DNA of 62,959 nt, filler included, from Aduncisulcus paluster (GCA_024181965.1; 33 parts of 33 records of this genome joined end to end with filler, not necessarily neighbours in it); one strand, 5' to 3'; shown: positions 1-10,325, counted from the first letter of the whole stretch. A program made the numbers and translations. Notes: a model not told the origin generated them from the letters alone.

Positions 1-287
1 TGTTCCCCTATTAAAAGAGTAAGTATTGTCCCAACAATCAACAATATGTTGAAATAATTTGAAAAAGAATCAAATATCAAAACATTGTTAATAACTTCAC
101 TAAAAGGTATAACAGAATAAAAAACTGTAAATTTTGATAAACAAAATCCTAAAGCAATCACTAGAAATACTGTAGAGACAACAATAAAATCTCTTGTTTT
201 GAATTTTTCATACATGCTCATAAACATAAGTACTAAAGCACCTATTAAAACTGTTAAAGCAGGTATTAAATAGATAAATTCACTCAT
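1..287 (-). CDS. nuoN: NADH-quinone oxidoreductase subunit N, 5' part (runs off window)
   Basis: ATG at 287 overlaps the nuoM stop (ATGA); hydrophobic [22 protein letters not shown]...; canonical nuoM-nuoN order; AT-rich, Campylobacterota-like. Confidence 0.8.
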   Translation of the reverse strand, partial: MSEFIYLIPALTVLIGALVLMFMSMYEKFKTRDFIVVSTVFLVIALGFCLSKFTVFYSVIPFSEVINNVLIFDSFSNYFNILLIVGTILTLLIGE

Positions 288-1470
288 TTTGTTGCTCCTA
301 TATGTAAAATATCTTGTAAGTAGTGTGTAACTGTTGGTTCAAATTTATCGATAAATATATCAGGATAAAGCCCCATTAAAAATACTAATATAACCCATGG
401 AATAAAAGCAATTATCTCTTTTATTTTTAAGTCTCTCATTTTTAAAACAGCAGACCCCTCCGGTCTATCTTGTAAAATTGCTTTTTGAAACATCCATAAC
501 ATATATGAAGCTCCAATAATAACAGTTGTAGCTGCCACATAACCTAAAATATGATTAAATTCATAAATACCAAAAATAATCAAAAGCTCAGAAACAAAAC
601 CATTTGTACCAGGTAATCCAACATTTGCAAATAACATAATTGCAAAAATAAAAGTAAATACAGGAGCTTGCGAAGCAATACCACCTAAGTCTTTCATAGT
701 TTTAAAACCAGTTTGTTCATGAATCAACCCTACAAGTAAAAATAATGCACCAGTAGAAATAGCATGAGCAATGATTAAATACAATGCACCATTGATACCA
801 TATTCATTGAGTGAAAAAATACCTGCTGCAATTAAACTAAGGTGTGAAGCAGAAGCATACGCAAACATTCTTTTGATATCATCTTGCATAAATGCAGCAA
901 TACCAAAATATACTAAACCAAAAATACCAATTGCCACAAAATAGATTGAAAACTCAACATAAATTTCAGGGANNNNNNNNNNNNNNNNNNNNNNNNNNNN
1001 NNNNNNNNNNNNNNNNNNNNNNNNNNNNNNNNNNNNTGGAATCATAAATCTTACGATAGCATAAACACCAAGTTTAGCCATGATAGATGAAAGTAAAAAA
1101 ACAGCTCCTGTAGGTGCATTTTTATATGTTTCCATAATCCAAGTGTGTAAAGGAAATAATGGAATCTTAATAGCAAAAGCTGCTAAAAATGCTAAAAATA
1201 ACCATACTTTTGTTGTATAATCAAGAGTAGTAATTTTTACTAACTCATTATAAGCAAATGACCACTCACCAAATTCAGTATGATAAGCAACACCCAAATA
1301 AGCAATAGCAACAAACATAAGAAGTGATCCTGCCATTGTATATACAGTTACTTTAATAGTTGTAGCTACCTTATCTCCAAAACCATACGCACCAATCATT
1401 AAAAATACTGGTAAAAGCATAACTTCCCAAAAGAAGTAAAATAAAATAACATCAAGAGAAAGAAGGGTAC
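284..1470 (-). CDS. nuoM: NADH-quinone oxidoreductase subunit M (5'-truncated, internal N gap)
   Basis: Motifs [38 protein letters not shown]. Confidence 0.93.
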
Positions 1471-1570
1471 NNNNNNNNNNNNNNNNNNNNNNNNNNNNNN
1501 NNNNNNNNNNNNNNTTAATTAATTAANNNNNNNNNNNNNNNNNNNNNNNNNNNNNNNNNNNNNNNNNNNN
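1471..1570. other. Artificial contig spacer N-run/TTAATTAATTAA/N-run (first of 32 such spacers)
   Basis: The same 100-bp linker with six-frame stops recurs through the window; GC content and apparent taxon switch abruptly at most copies. Confidence 0.98.
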
Positions 1571-1880
1571 CCTTCGGCTGCGGCGACAGTTTCAGCGCCT
1601 CATCGACCACGGGCATGATGTGGCTGGAATTGCGGAAGATGTCGATCATGTCGACCGGCCGATCGATGTCCGCGAGCGAAGCGACGAACGGCTTGCCCAT
1701 CAGCGCCTTGCCGACATGGCCGGGGTTGACCGGGATCATGTCGTAGCCGCGCTGCGCCAGATATTTGAAGGCGAAGTAGCTCGGCCGCACATTGACCGGC
1801 GAGGCGCCGACCATCGCGATCGATTTGACGTTGTTGAGGATGCTGCGGATGTAATTATCTTCGTAGGCGTCGTGGTTCAT
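1571..1880 (-). CDS. CoA-binding protein (YccU-like), 3'-truncated; Bradyrhizobium-like
   Basis: IAMVGAS...RPSY...IPVNP...VDMIDIFR. Confidence 0.9.
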
Positions 1881-1887
1881 TTTGGTC

Positions 1888-2816
1888 TTACTTGTCCTGC
1901 CACTTCGGATCGCGCTTCTCGATGAAGGCGCCGATGCCTTCCTCGGCGTCGCGCGCCATCATGTTCTCGGTCATCACTTCAGCCGCGAAGCGATAGGCCT
2001 CAGTGAGGCTCATCTCTGCCTGGCGATAGAACGCCTCCTTGCCGAGCTTGACGGTGTAGGCCGATTTCAGCGCGACCTGCTGTGCCAGCGCGATCGCAAC
2101 GTCGCGTTCGGTGCCTGCGGGCACCACCCGGTTGACGAGGCCGATGCTCTGCGCCGTTGCCGCCGAGATGGGTTCACCGGTCAGCAGCATTTCCATCGCC
2201 TGCTTGCGCGGCACGTTGCGCGACAGCGCCACCATTGGCGTCGAGCAGAACAGCCCGATGTCGACNNNNNNNNNNNNNNNNNNNNNNNNNNNNNNNNNNN
2301 NNNNNNNNNNNNNNNNNNNNNNNNNNNNNNNNNNNNNNNNNNNNNNNNNNNNNNNNNNNNNNNNNNNNNNNNNNNNNNNNNNNNNNNNNNNNNNNNNNNN
2401 NNNNNNNNNNNNNNNNNNNNNNNNNCGAGCTGGCAGCCGGCCGCGGTGGCGATGCCCTGAACAGCCGCGACCACCGGCTTCGGCAGGTGCACGATCGCCT
2501 GCATCATCGCGCTGCAGGCGTTCATGATCTCAGCAAAATAGGCGCGGCCACGATCGGCATCGCTGCGCCGCGCGGTGAGCTCCTTCATGTCGTGCCCGGC
2601 GGAATAAGCCGAACCATTCGCGGCGATCACGACGGCGCGGACGTTCCTGTCGTCGCGGATGTCGTTCAACGCAGCATGGAGGCCGGCGATCATGCCCTCC
2701 GAAAGGCTGTTGCGCGCCGCGGGGCGATTGAGCGTCAGTAGCGCGATACTGCCGACGGTTTCGCGCAGCAGAATCGGGGATTGCGGCGCTTCTGCGCCGG
2801 CGGTTTGGGCGGACAT
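1888..2816 (-). CDS. Enoyl-CoA hydratase/isomerase (split by internal N gap)
   Basis: LTLNRPAARNSL, SAGHDMKE, PKPVVAAVQGIATAAGCQL, DAEEGIGAFIEKRDP. Confidence 0.92.
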
Positions 2817-2989
2817 GGCGAAATTCCACTATCGTGTCTGTGACAATTTAATGTAACAGGCTGGCTGAAGCGAGGGCAGGGTCCGCATGNNNNNNNNNNN
2901 NNNNNNNNNNNNNNNNNNNNNNNNNNNNNNNNNTTAATTAATTAANNNNNNNNNNNNNNNNNNNNNNNNNNNNNNNNNNNNNNNNNNNN

Positions 2990-3773
2990 GCAACACGCTG
3001 TAACAATGGCGGCTGGTCTGGCGGCAGAGGGAATTAAACCTGTTTTTGCTGTGTATTCCACATTCCTGCAACGTGCCTATGACCAGATCATACACGATGT
3101 ATGCCTGCAAAATCTGCCGGTGGTCTTTGCGATTGACCGCGCTGGGCTTGTGGGCAATGACGGAGAAACGCACCATGGTGTATTTGATCTGTCTTTCCTG
3201 TCCCATATTCCTAATATGACAGTTCTGGCACCAAAGGATGGACCAGAGCTTGAACGCATGCTGACCTACGCGGTGGAAGACCACAAGGGGCCAATAGCCA
3301 TTCGTTATCCGAGAGGATCTGAAGTCAAGTTGTCTGAAACGTCAGAAGACATCTTAAGCCCGGAAGTGCTTAAAGAAGGTCGTGACGTAACCATACTCGC
3401 TGTAGGAAATATGGTGCAAACTGCACTGGAAGCAGCTGACATTCTAAAGGACAATGGTCTTGAGGCAACGGTTGTAAACGCACGCCGTGTGTATCCGCTT
3501 CCCAAAAATGATTTGCTTGAAATTATCAGAAAATATGAGTCAAAATATATTGTAACCCTTGAAGACAATGTAATCGAAAGTGGGTTCGGGTCAAGCGTCT
3601 CCAGTCTGGCCAGTGAAGAGAATGCAAGCTGGACAGTACAGAGTCTTGGCATACCAAATAAATTTGTAGAGCATGGCAACGTGGATAAACTGATGGCTTC
3701 TTTAGGTCTAGATTCTAAAAGTATTGCTAAAAGAATCCAAATGAAGATGAAATTTAGGAGACGTCAAATATGA
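2990..3773 (+). CDS. dxs: 1-deoxy-D-xylulose-5-phosphate synthase, C-terminal part (clostridial)
   Basis: AVYSTFLQRAYDQIIHDV, DRAGLVGNDGETHHG, IRYPRG. Confidence 0.95.
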
Positions 3774-4302
3774 AAAAAGAGCGGCTCGATGNNNNNNNNN
3801 NNNNNNNNNNNNNNNNNNNNNNNNNNNNNNNNNNNNNNNNNNNNNNNNNNNNNNNNNNNNNNNNNNNNNNNNNNNNNNNNNNNNNNNNNNNNNNNNNNNN
3901 NNNNNNNNNNNNNNNNCCTTCCCTATGTCAGTCGTGGAGGCTTAAAACTTGAAAAGGCCATTAAAGAGTACGGCGTTTCTGTCGAAGGAAAAATCTGTAT
4001 GGACATTGGGGCCTCTACAGGAGGCTTTACAGACTGCATGCTTCAAAATGGGGCAGTCAAGGTCTATTCTGTCGATGTTGGTTATGGTCAACTGGACTGG
4101 AAACTCAGAAATGACGAGCGCGTTGTCAATATGGAAAGAACGAACATTCGCCATGTTACAGGGGAAGACATAGAAGATAAAATTGACTTTGTCAGCATAG
4201 ATGTGTCATTCATTTCACTTAAACTGGTCCTTCCTGTGGCCTATGCTCTGATGGCAGACCAGGCTGAGATTGTCTTTTTAATCAAGCCTCAGTTTGAGGC
4301 CG
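3770..4302 (+). CDS. tlyA: TlyA family rRNA 2'-O-methyltransferase (partial)
   Basis: MKKERLD start overlapping the dxs stop; YVSRGGLKLEKA, DIGASTGGFTD, LIKPQFEA; conserved dxs-tlyA order. Confidence 0.93.
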
Positions 4303-4402
4303 NNNNNNNNNNNNNNNNNNNNNNNNNNNNNNNNNNNNNNNNNNNNTTAATTAATTAANNNNNNNNNNNNNNNNNNNNNNNNNNNNNNNNNNNNNNNNNN
4401 NN

Positions 4403-4446
<44 letters not shown>

Positions 4447-5346
4447 TCAAGGCTCGCGGAACTTCCCGCACAGTGCCTACAAGCAAGCAAGTAATCACAA
4501 GCCCCGTATTACGCAAGCATAACACTAAGGGCGCGCAGTCCAGACAACTCACCGGAACATTCAATCGGTAGGAGCGAAGGGCGGTGTGTACAAGATCCAG
4601 GGACGTATTCAGCGCACGTTGATGACGTGCACTTACGAGGTATTCCTGGTTCATGAGGGAAAATTACAAACCTCAATCCCCAGCGCGGACGGTTTTCACA
4701 AGATTACCCCAAACGCACAGCATACAAAGACAAAAGCCAATGTTTACCGCACATACCCCTTCGGGCTAGGAGACAACGGATGCCAGCACTGCAAGTAGGA
4801 CTTACCAACCACCGAAGTGACCAGTAAGTGAATCCAACTCCGTTACCAACTCGTTAATCAGAGCTCGTTGAACCGTCCATTGTATTACGCGTGCAGCCCA
4901 AGACCATCTAAAGGGCATCCCTGACCTGTTGTTGCCAATAACTTCCCCTCGCTTGCGCAAGTAGTCCCTCTAAGAAGCGAAGAAGATGGAATCCCCGAAG
5001 GGTACACCTCCCAATTACGACACTTTCGCCAGCCGAGTTGGACACTGAATAAAAGCCATGAACCATAAGTTTCCCCACCACCCGAAGTCAATGAAGTCGC
5101 AAACAGATCATGCCCAATTCAACATCCAGTCAACTGAATGTCATAACCGCTATTTAGCAGGTATTGGTCTCGTTCGTTATCGCAATAAAGCAGACAGATC
5201 ACTCCACGAACTAAAAACGGCCATGCACCACTCATCAAACAATCATGAAAGAGCTATCAATCTGTCAATCCTTCGAATGTCTGGGCCTGGTAAGCTTCCC
5301 CGCGTTGAGTCAAATTAAGCCGCAGAATCCACACCTGGTGTAGATC

Positions 5347-5380
<34 letters not shown>

Positions 5381-5392
5381 GGACTCCCCCCA

Positions 5393-5424
<32 letters not shown>

Positions 5425-5532
5425 TGGAAGTGTCATTGTAAAGGTGGACAAAAAGTCCAATCCCTAGTCGGCATAGTTTATGGCTGGGACTACGGTGGTG
5501 TCTAATCGCCTTCGATCCCCCAACTTTCGTTC
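4403..5532 (-). rRNA. Eukaryotic 18S SSU rRNA, 3' portion; divergent, with expanded variable regions
   Basis: Reverse complement contains AAACTTAAAGGAATTGACGG, GGTGGTGCATGGCCG, GTACACACCGCCC and AAGTCGTAACAAGGTTTCCGTAGGTGAA. Confidence 0.95.
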
Positions 5533-5661
5533 NNNNNNNNNNNNNNNNNNNNNNNNNNNNNNNNNNNNNNNNNNNNTTAATTAATTAANNNNNNNNNNNN
5601 NNNNNNNNNNNNNNNNNNNNNNNNNNNNNNNNATCGCGAAAAACAAAAAGGAGGAATCATC

Positions 5662-5814
5662 ATGAACAATCGAGAAATGGAACAAGCGGTACGTAATGTA
5701 ATTAAAGAGGTTTCGGAGTATGCCATCAGCGAAGGCATTGTAACGAGTGAAGAACTTCCGGAGGCTCTACGCGGAGCGCTTGAACACCTTAAGAAAAATA
5801 ATATCAAAGCATAA
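5662..5814 (+). CDS. Small hypothetical protein, 50 aa (MNNREMEQAVRNVIKEV...), not in ORF track
   Basis: Strong RBS AAGGAGG upstream of ATG 5662; open to TAA 5814. Confidence 0.6.
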   Translation: MNNREMEQAVRNVIKEVSEYAISEGIVTSEELPEALRGALEHLKKNNIKA

Positions 5815-5875
5815 ATAACACTCATTATACGGTGTATTGTGCTGCAACATCAAGGGTTATAATTTCATTCTGCGG

Positions 5876-5886
5876 TGTGGTAGAAT
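5876..5886 (+). promoter_or_regulatory. Extended -10 promoter (TGTGgTAGAAT) for the rep leader
   Basis: TRTGn-TAnnnT Gram-positive motif about 300 nt upstream of the rep ATG. Confidence 0.55.
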
Positions 5887-5902
5887 GAACGAAGATAAAC
5901 AA

Positions 5903-6036
5903 AAATAAAAAATAATCCCACTCGTGAGTTTGGCCGCTCCAACGGGATTATTTGTTAAGAGGGTCTCGCTATATGCGACACCGCTATATTGTTTGGTTAC
6001 GCTCTGGTAAAGCGAAGTCAAACTTTGTAGTTAACT
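5903..6036 (-). ncRNA. Putative counter-transcribed antisense RNA (~130 nt) controlling rep
   Basis: Minus-strand TTGCCA(6071-6066)-17 nt-TATATT(6048-6043) with TG extension; ends at hairpin AATAATCCC/GGGATTATT (5911-5952) plus U-run. Confidence 0.7.
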
Positions 6037-6156
6037 ACCATCAATATAACAAAAAGACACGTTTTTGGCAACGGTATTCGGGAAAAAACGTGGCCTCTTT
6101 GTAGGTAATTCGCGAGTTTATAGGCGAAGTGTATTGATGTGTAAGTGTGAGTGTAT

Positions 6157-6187
6157 GCCCTCTTAACCAGCTTAAGGGGGCTTTTTA
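6157..6187 (+). terminator. Attenuator hairpin overlapping the rep RBS
   Basis: GCCCTCTTAA-ccagc-TTAAGGGGGC-TTTTT immediately before ATG 6189; the 5' arm is also complementary to 5954-5964. Confidence 0.75.
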
Positions 6188-6188
6188 T

Positions 6189-7448
6189 ATGGTCAAATTA
6201 ACCGAATTTGATAAGATTCACAGAGATAGCAAGGGCTGGATCACTGTGGCGAGAAAACAGGAAAATTACACACAACGGCATTACAGGTATGACCAGATCG
6301 CAGCAGGCGCGGAGGAATTAATTGCGGATACAAATGCGTTTTATAGTCAAAATACATTCCTGCAGCCAACGCGAAGGCTAGAGTACATAAAAGAGCTAAA
6401 AGCTCTCTACATCGATGTAGATTGCCCGAAAGTCGGCTTTATGAAAGATGCAGCTCTGTATTTGATCCAGGAAGAATTGATTAAAACGAACAAGATCCCG
6501 CCACCCTCAACGATCATAGACAGCGGAACAGGCCTGTGGCTTAAGTGGCATATCGAATGGGCACCAGCTCAGGCGCTGCCACTCTGGAACGCAATAATGC
6601 AATATCTGTACGATCAGCTAGAGGAATTTGGAGCGGATCGCGGCTGCTTAGACGCTACGAGGGTGTCGCGTTTTGAGAATACCGTAAATTCTAAGAATGG
6701 CGCAACGGTTAAAATCGTTGAGTCGAATGATATTACATATACGCTAAGGCACATACAAAGCGAGTACCTCCCGCAGCTGCCGCTCGATTGGCAGAACAAC
6801 AGCGAGTATACGATCAAACGGAAAAAAGGCAGAAAAACAAAGGTAACAGCGCTGCTTACGTGGCATAGTCTGCACTATGCGCGCCTCTGTGATTTGGCAA
6901 AACTGGTCGAACTACGAAATGGCGATATGGAAGGCTGTACAGAGTACACGTTGTTTTTATACAGATACTGGAGCGCATGTTATAAATCCGATACGGATGA
7001 CGCTCTCCAGGACGCTCTGGAGCTTAATCAGAAGTTTAAAAAGCCAATGCCAGAGCGCAGGGTTATAATAGACACTAAATCAGCTGAGAAAGCTGCAGCG
7101 AAGTGGATCGCAGGCGAAAAGGTGAAGTGGAAAGGCCTGGAGAAACGCGCGGGATACAATTATAAAACGGAGTCGATTATTGAGCTGCTGCAGATAACAT
7201 CGGAAGAACAACGACACATGCGCACGCTGATCGGCAGCTCGGAGAAAAATCGAAGGCAGAAAGAAAGACGCAAAGCCGAGAGACGCGCAGAGAATGGAAA
7301 GACTGAGCGAGAGACGCAAACGGCATTAAAATTATCTCAGGTCAAAGAGCTGAGGGACAAAGGCCTTAAGCAAAAGGAAATAGCCAATCAATTAGGAATC
7401 TCCGTACCAATGGTCAAAAAATATTATGCTAAGCTCAAAAAGGTATAA
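6189..7448 (+). CDS. Plasmid replication initiator (pIP404-like, primase-related Rep) with C-terminal HTH
   Basis: ALYIDVD, PPPSTIIDSGTG, DATRVSRFENTVNSKNG, GYNYKTESIIELLQITSEEQRHM; HTH KQKEIANQLGISVPMVKKY; ATG 6189 preceded by AAGGGGG. Confidence 0.8.
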   Translation: MVKLTEFDKIHRDSKGWITVARKQENYTQRHYRYDQIAAGAEELIADTNAFYSQNTFLQPTRRLEYIKELKALYIDVDCPKVGFMKDAALYLIQEELIKTNKIPPPSTIIDSGTGLWLKWHIEWAPAQALPLWNAIMQYLYDQLEEFGADRGCLDATRVSRFENTVNSKNGATVKIVESNDITYTLRHIQSEYLPQLPLDWQNNSEYTIKRKKGRKTKVTALLTWHSLHYARLCDLAKLVELRNGDMEGCTEYTLFLYRYWSACYKSDTDDALQDALELNQKFKKPMPERRVIIDTKSAEKAAAKWIAGEKVKWKGLEKRAGYNYKTESIIELLQITSEEQRHMRTLIGSSEKNRRQKERRKAERRAENGKTERETQTALKLSQVKELRDKGLKQKEIANQLGISVPMVKKYYAKLKKV

Positions 7449-7554
7449 CGAAACGTCCTCTTATATTGGGTACGTAGTACCTGTCTGTTTCTCCATCGGC
7501 ATTTATCTCTGGCACCAGGCAGAGCCGCAGCGTTTTACTTATGGGAGGTTCTTT

Positions 7555-7773
7555 GTGCAGGATTTTTATTTTGTTTATGATTATGATCCGGAAGCTGGTA
7601 CTGCCTCCAGGTTGTATCGTTTCTTGAATAATCAGTGTGAGCGCTATCATCCGCGCTCTGATTCATGGCAGCCAAGTCCGGGGCAGTGGTGCATCATCAT
7701 TGGTGAAGATTGTTTTTATGACGAGATCGAGCCCGAAGTTGCGGCAAAGCTCACGATTACAATTAGAGTTTAA
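7555..7773 (+). CDS. Hypothetical protein (72 aa)
   Basis: GGGAGG RBS before GTG 7555, in frame with ORF 7426..7773. Confidence 0.6.
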   Translation: MQDFYFVYDYDPEAGTASRLYRFLNNQCERYHPRSDSWQPSPGQWCIIIGEDCFYDEIEPEVAAKLTITIRV

Positions 7774-7800
7774 ATTACACAATAGAGAGGGTGTTTCACA

Positions 7801-8046
7801 ATGACAGCTAAGGAAAAGGCCTTGATAATTGAGGCGATAGATCATTACATAAATAATGGATTCAGTGGGCTTAAGAGTAGCCTAAACAATCATAGATCAG
7901 GCGCAGCGGCTCGCAGGAGCGAAGGCAATGAGGGCATGGCCGAAGTGTTGGAAAGCTGGGCAGAGGAAAAAGAGCAAAAGATTGCAGCCCTCAGCGAGAT
8001 TCGAGAACAGTTAAAGAGCAGCGGATCAGAGAGCCAGGAAGAATAA
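7801..8046 (+). CDS. Hypothetical protein (81 aa)
   Basis: RBS AGAGGG; helical, charged product. Confidence 0.6.
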   Translation: MTAKEKALIIEAIDHYINNGFSGLKSSLNNHRSGAAARRSEGNEGMAEVLESWAEEKEQKIAALSEIREQLKSSGSESQEE

Positions 8047-8170
8047 AGGAAAATGAAAGCCTGGAACGAATGATATTTAGTATAGACAGATCCGCAGTTG
8101 GATCGACTATGCGGAGGGATCACATATGAAACGCAGCAATCAAATATATAACACCAACGTTATGAAAAGC

Positions 8171-8202
8171 GGCCTATTCCACTAAGGGATAGGTCTTTTT
8201 TT
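8171..8202 (+). terminator. Intrinsic terminator
   Basis: GGCCTATTCC-actaa-GGGATAGGTC-T7. Confidence 0.8.
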
Positions 8203-8260
8203 ATGTGTCAATTGATTGGCGGGAAGAATGTACACAAACTGACAGGAGAGGATTGGAAAC

Positions 8261-8620
8261 ATGTCGAGATTATCGATACATAATCGAATCAAGGGTAAGG
8301 AGTACGAGCTCAAAAAGTTTGTAGATATGTGCACCTGGGCCAGTGCTGAGGAATTTAAGGAATATGAAAAAACGAGAGAATATGCAATTGGAATGGTTTG
8401 GTTCTTGATTGAGGATCAACCTCAGAACGAGGGGGTATATTCCGATCTGTTCGAACGAATATTTGAAGGCAATGAGGATCTAGTCGAAATTAATAGGCAT
8501 CAGCTGCAGCGGAAGTATAAGAAAAGCAAGAAAGAAGTCAAAAGAGCCATAGAAGTGTTCGTAAGAGCGGGTTTTATAGAGTGCGTAGGCAAGAATCTTT
8601 ATAAGCGATTAGAGTGTTAA
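8261..8620 (+). CDS. Hypothetical protein, possibly winged-helix DNA-binding
   Basis: RBS GGAGAGG; C-terminal ...KKEVKRAIEVFVRAGFIECVGKNLYK resembles a wHTH helix plus wing. Confidence 0.6.
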   Translation: MSRLSIHNRIKGKEYELKKFVDMCTWASAEEFKEYEKTREYAIGMVWFLIEDQPQNEGVYSDLFERIFEGNEDLVEINRHQLQRKYKKSKKEVKRAIEVFVRAGFIECVGKNLYKRLEC

Positions 8621-9102
8621 AGTGGATAGTCGAAGAAATGCGAAAAGACACCATATTTTTAGCAAAAAAACAGTGAACTAGGACAGCAGGACACTGACAA
8701 AAGGACTCAAAAATCAATTTGGGAATTTCCAGTAGTGCTATGGAATGGCCACGAAGTCAATAAAATAAATGGTTTGGGATGAAGATACAAAAAGACATAC
8801 TTTGCGCGCTACGTGTCCTTTTATCCCTAACCACTGGCAAAAATGGAAATTACGAAGGCGAGTTTTAAGTATTTCGGGGTCGATGATTATAAAAAATCAC
8901 GTAACGAAAGCGGCAATTTTGGGAAGTGTCCTAGTTGAAAAACAACGGTGTCCTATTTTTCATGTACAATAGGCAATAATTTTAAAAGAATCGTGTAATT
9001 GCAATGAGGACGCCGCAAGCTAAATTATGGACAACGGCGCAAGTGTGAGAAATGACAGGATGATTTTAGGACACGATTGTTTGTATATTACTGAGAGTGG
9101 TT

Positions 9103-9384
9103 CAGGGCGAGCAGATCCGGAACCACTGGACTGCATCAAGGCATGATTTTGACCATGAAATCCAGAAAGCTGCAGCAAGATCGAGCGCAAACTTTGCGCT
9201 GCAGCATTGTGGCCAGGCTAAAAATCAAGTCGGTCGGATGGCCTTCGGCCATGATCTGCAGATTGGAGACTGCGATCGGAGCTCCAGGGCGAATAGATCC
9301 GGAACCACTGGACTGCATCGAGGCATGGTTTTGTGGCCAAGAGATCCGGAGAGCTGCAGCATGATCGAGCGCAAAGTTTGCGCT
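9103..9384. repeat. Imperfect ~98-bp direct repeat pair (9103-9200, 9285-9384), each ending in an AGCGCAAA..TTTGCGCT palindrome
   Basis: CAGGGCGA..AGATCCGGAACCACTGGACTGCATC.AGGCATG.TTTT...AGCTGCAGCA.GATCGAGCGCAAA is seen twice, 182 bp apart. Confidence 0.9.
9231..9269. repeat. 39-bp palindromic element, copy 1 (copy 2 at 11935-11973)
   Basis: CGGTCGGATGGCCTTCGGCCATGATCTGCAGA(T/C)TGGAGA, 38/39 identical. Confidence 0.9.
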
Positions 9385-9387
9385 CAT

Positions 9388-9412
9388 AAAAAAACACACC
9401 TAGCGGTGTGTT
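9388..9412 (-). terminator. Intrinsic terminator of the abi gene
   Basis: Minus strand ACACACC-gcta-GGTGTGT-T-run directly after the stop. Confidence 0.85.
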
Positions 9413-10298
9413 TATAAATGTGTTCTCCAATCGGCAGGAAAGCCGAGTAAGCTAATATCTATGTATTTGTTGAATTGCTGTATCAATTGGCCAATCTCGT
9501 TCATGCACCTATTCCACTGGTGTTGATTCTTGACCACTTTCTTAAGCGCAATGAGGTATGCGAAAAGTGTGTTACGCGGNNNNNNNNNNNNNNNNNNNNT
9601 CCCTTATATTTGCTATCGCGGATTCTGACATTCTGTGTCATTTCGCGATTGTATATACGTTCGTGGTGCGCGCATCTATTTCGCAGATCGGTCATACAGT
9701 GGAGTGTGCTCTTTAAAACTTCATCTTTCACACCGAATTGCGACATGGCAATGGCTTTTCTATCGCCATCGAGTAAGTTACCATACATTCGCGAGACTGT
9801 TCCCATGCTGACAAGTTCTACGGCAACCCATATAGGGAGTTTGCCGAATGAATTCAAGTTATGCATGACATACTTAACTTTTTTCTTTATGGCTGTATTA
9901 ATGTTCCGGTTGATTTCGGAAATGAAACCAGTAAATTTCTGAGCCTCTTCAAAATTTTGAACTTTAAGGTATCCATCAGGACCGTGCCTATGAGCATGAA
10001 GGTTGGCTATTTCAGTCCTGGCATGAACTTCTAGGCTCTCGATGAGGTCAAAAAGTACCGAGCAGAGTCTTTTGTTAAACAAATAGATATTATAGATTTG
10101 CTTAAAAGATGTTCCAGGAAGGTAATCGTCATTACCGTCTTTCAGATGCAGCGCGTAGCCTGAAAGCATATAGTAATTTACCCTCGCGAGGATTGCTTCG
10201 ACTTCGACTTCATCATGAACAATGAGTTTTCTTTTCTTCATTAGCTCTATTTGCTCAGTGTAAGTCAAAGGCGGTTTTAGCGGTTTATACTTTGACAT
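9412..10298 (-). CDS. Abi family (Abi_2 / AbiD-AbiF) HEPN ribonuclease
   Basis: KPPLTYTEQIELMKKR, VNYYMLSGY, LPIWVAVE, HEPN RxxxxH (LRNRCAHH); the frame after the N gap gives the family C-terminus ...LLGFPADWRTHL*, stop at 9412. Confidence 0.9.
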
Positions 10299-10325
10299 AA
10301 TTTACCATCCCTATATAAAATAATG

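Noticed and set aside
1620-2856. Numerous alternative-frame ORFs in GC-rich contigs (also 14255-16643, 18309-20394, 50848-52981)
   Set aside because: Shadow ORFs of high-GC coding DNA; only one frame per gene shows family motifs.
4355-5460. ORFs overlapping the 18S region
   Set aside because: Spurious frames within rRNA.
9103-9384. CRISPR array next to a HEPN nuclease
   Set aside because: Only two long (~98-bp) imperfect units with no repeat-spacer periodicity and no cas genes; it also lies beyond the abi terminator.
9097-9430. Short ORFs sharing VGWPSAMICRLE with the 11931 ORF N-terminus
   Set aside because: Translation of the non-coding 39-bp repeat; there is no RBS, and the par-like gene more plausibly starts at GTG 12144.
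9501-9600. Abi protein ending at 9501 as given in the ORF track
   Set aside because: Frame shift caused by the estimated N-gap length; the other frame gives the conserved GFPxxW end at 9412.
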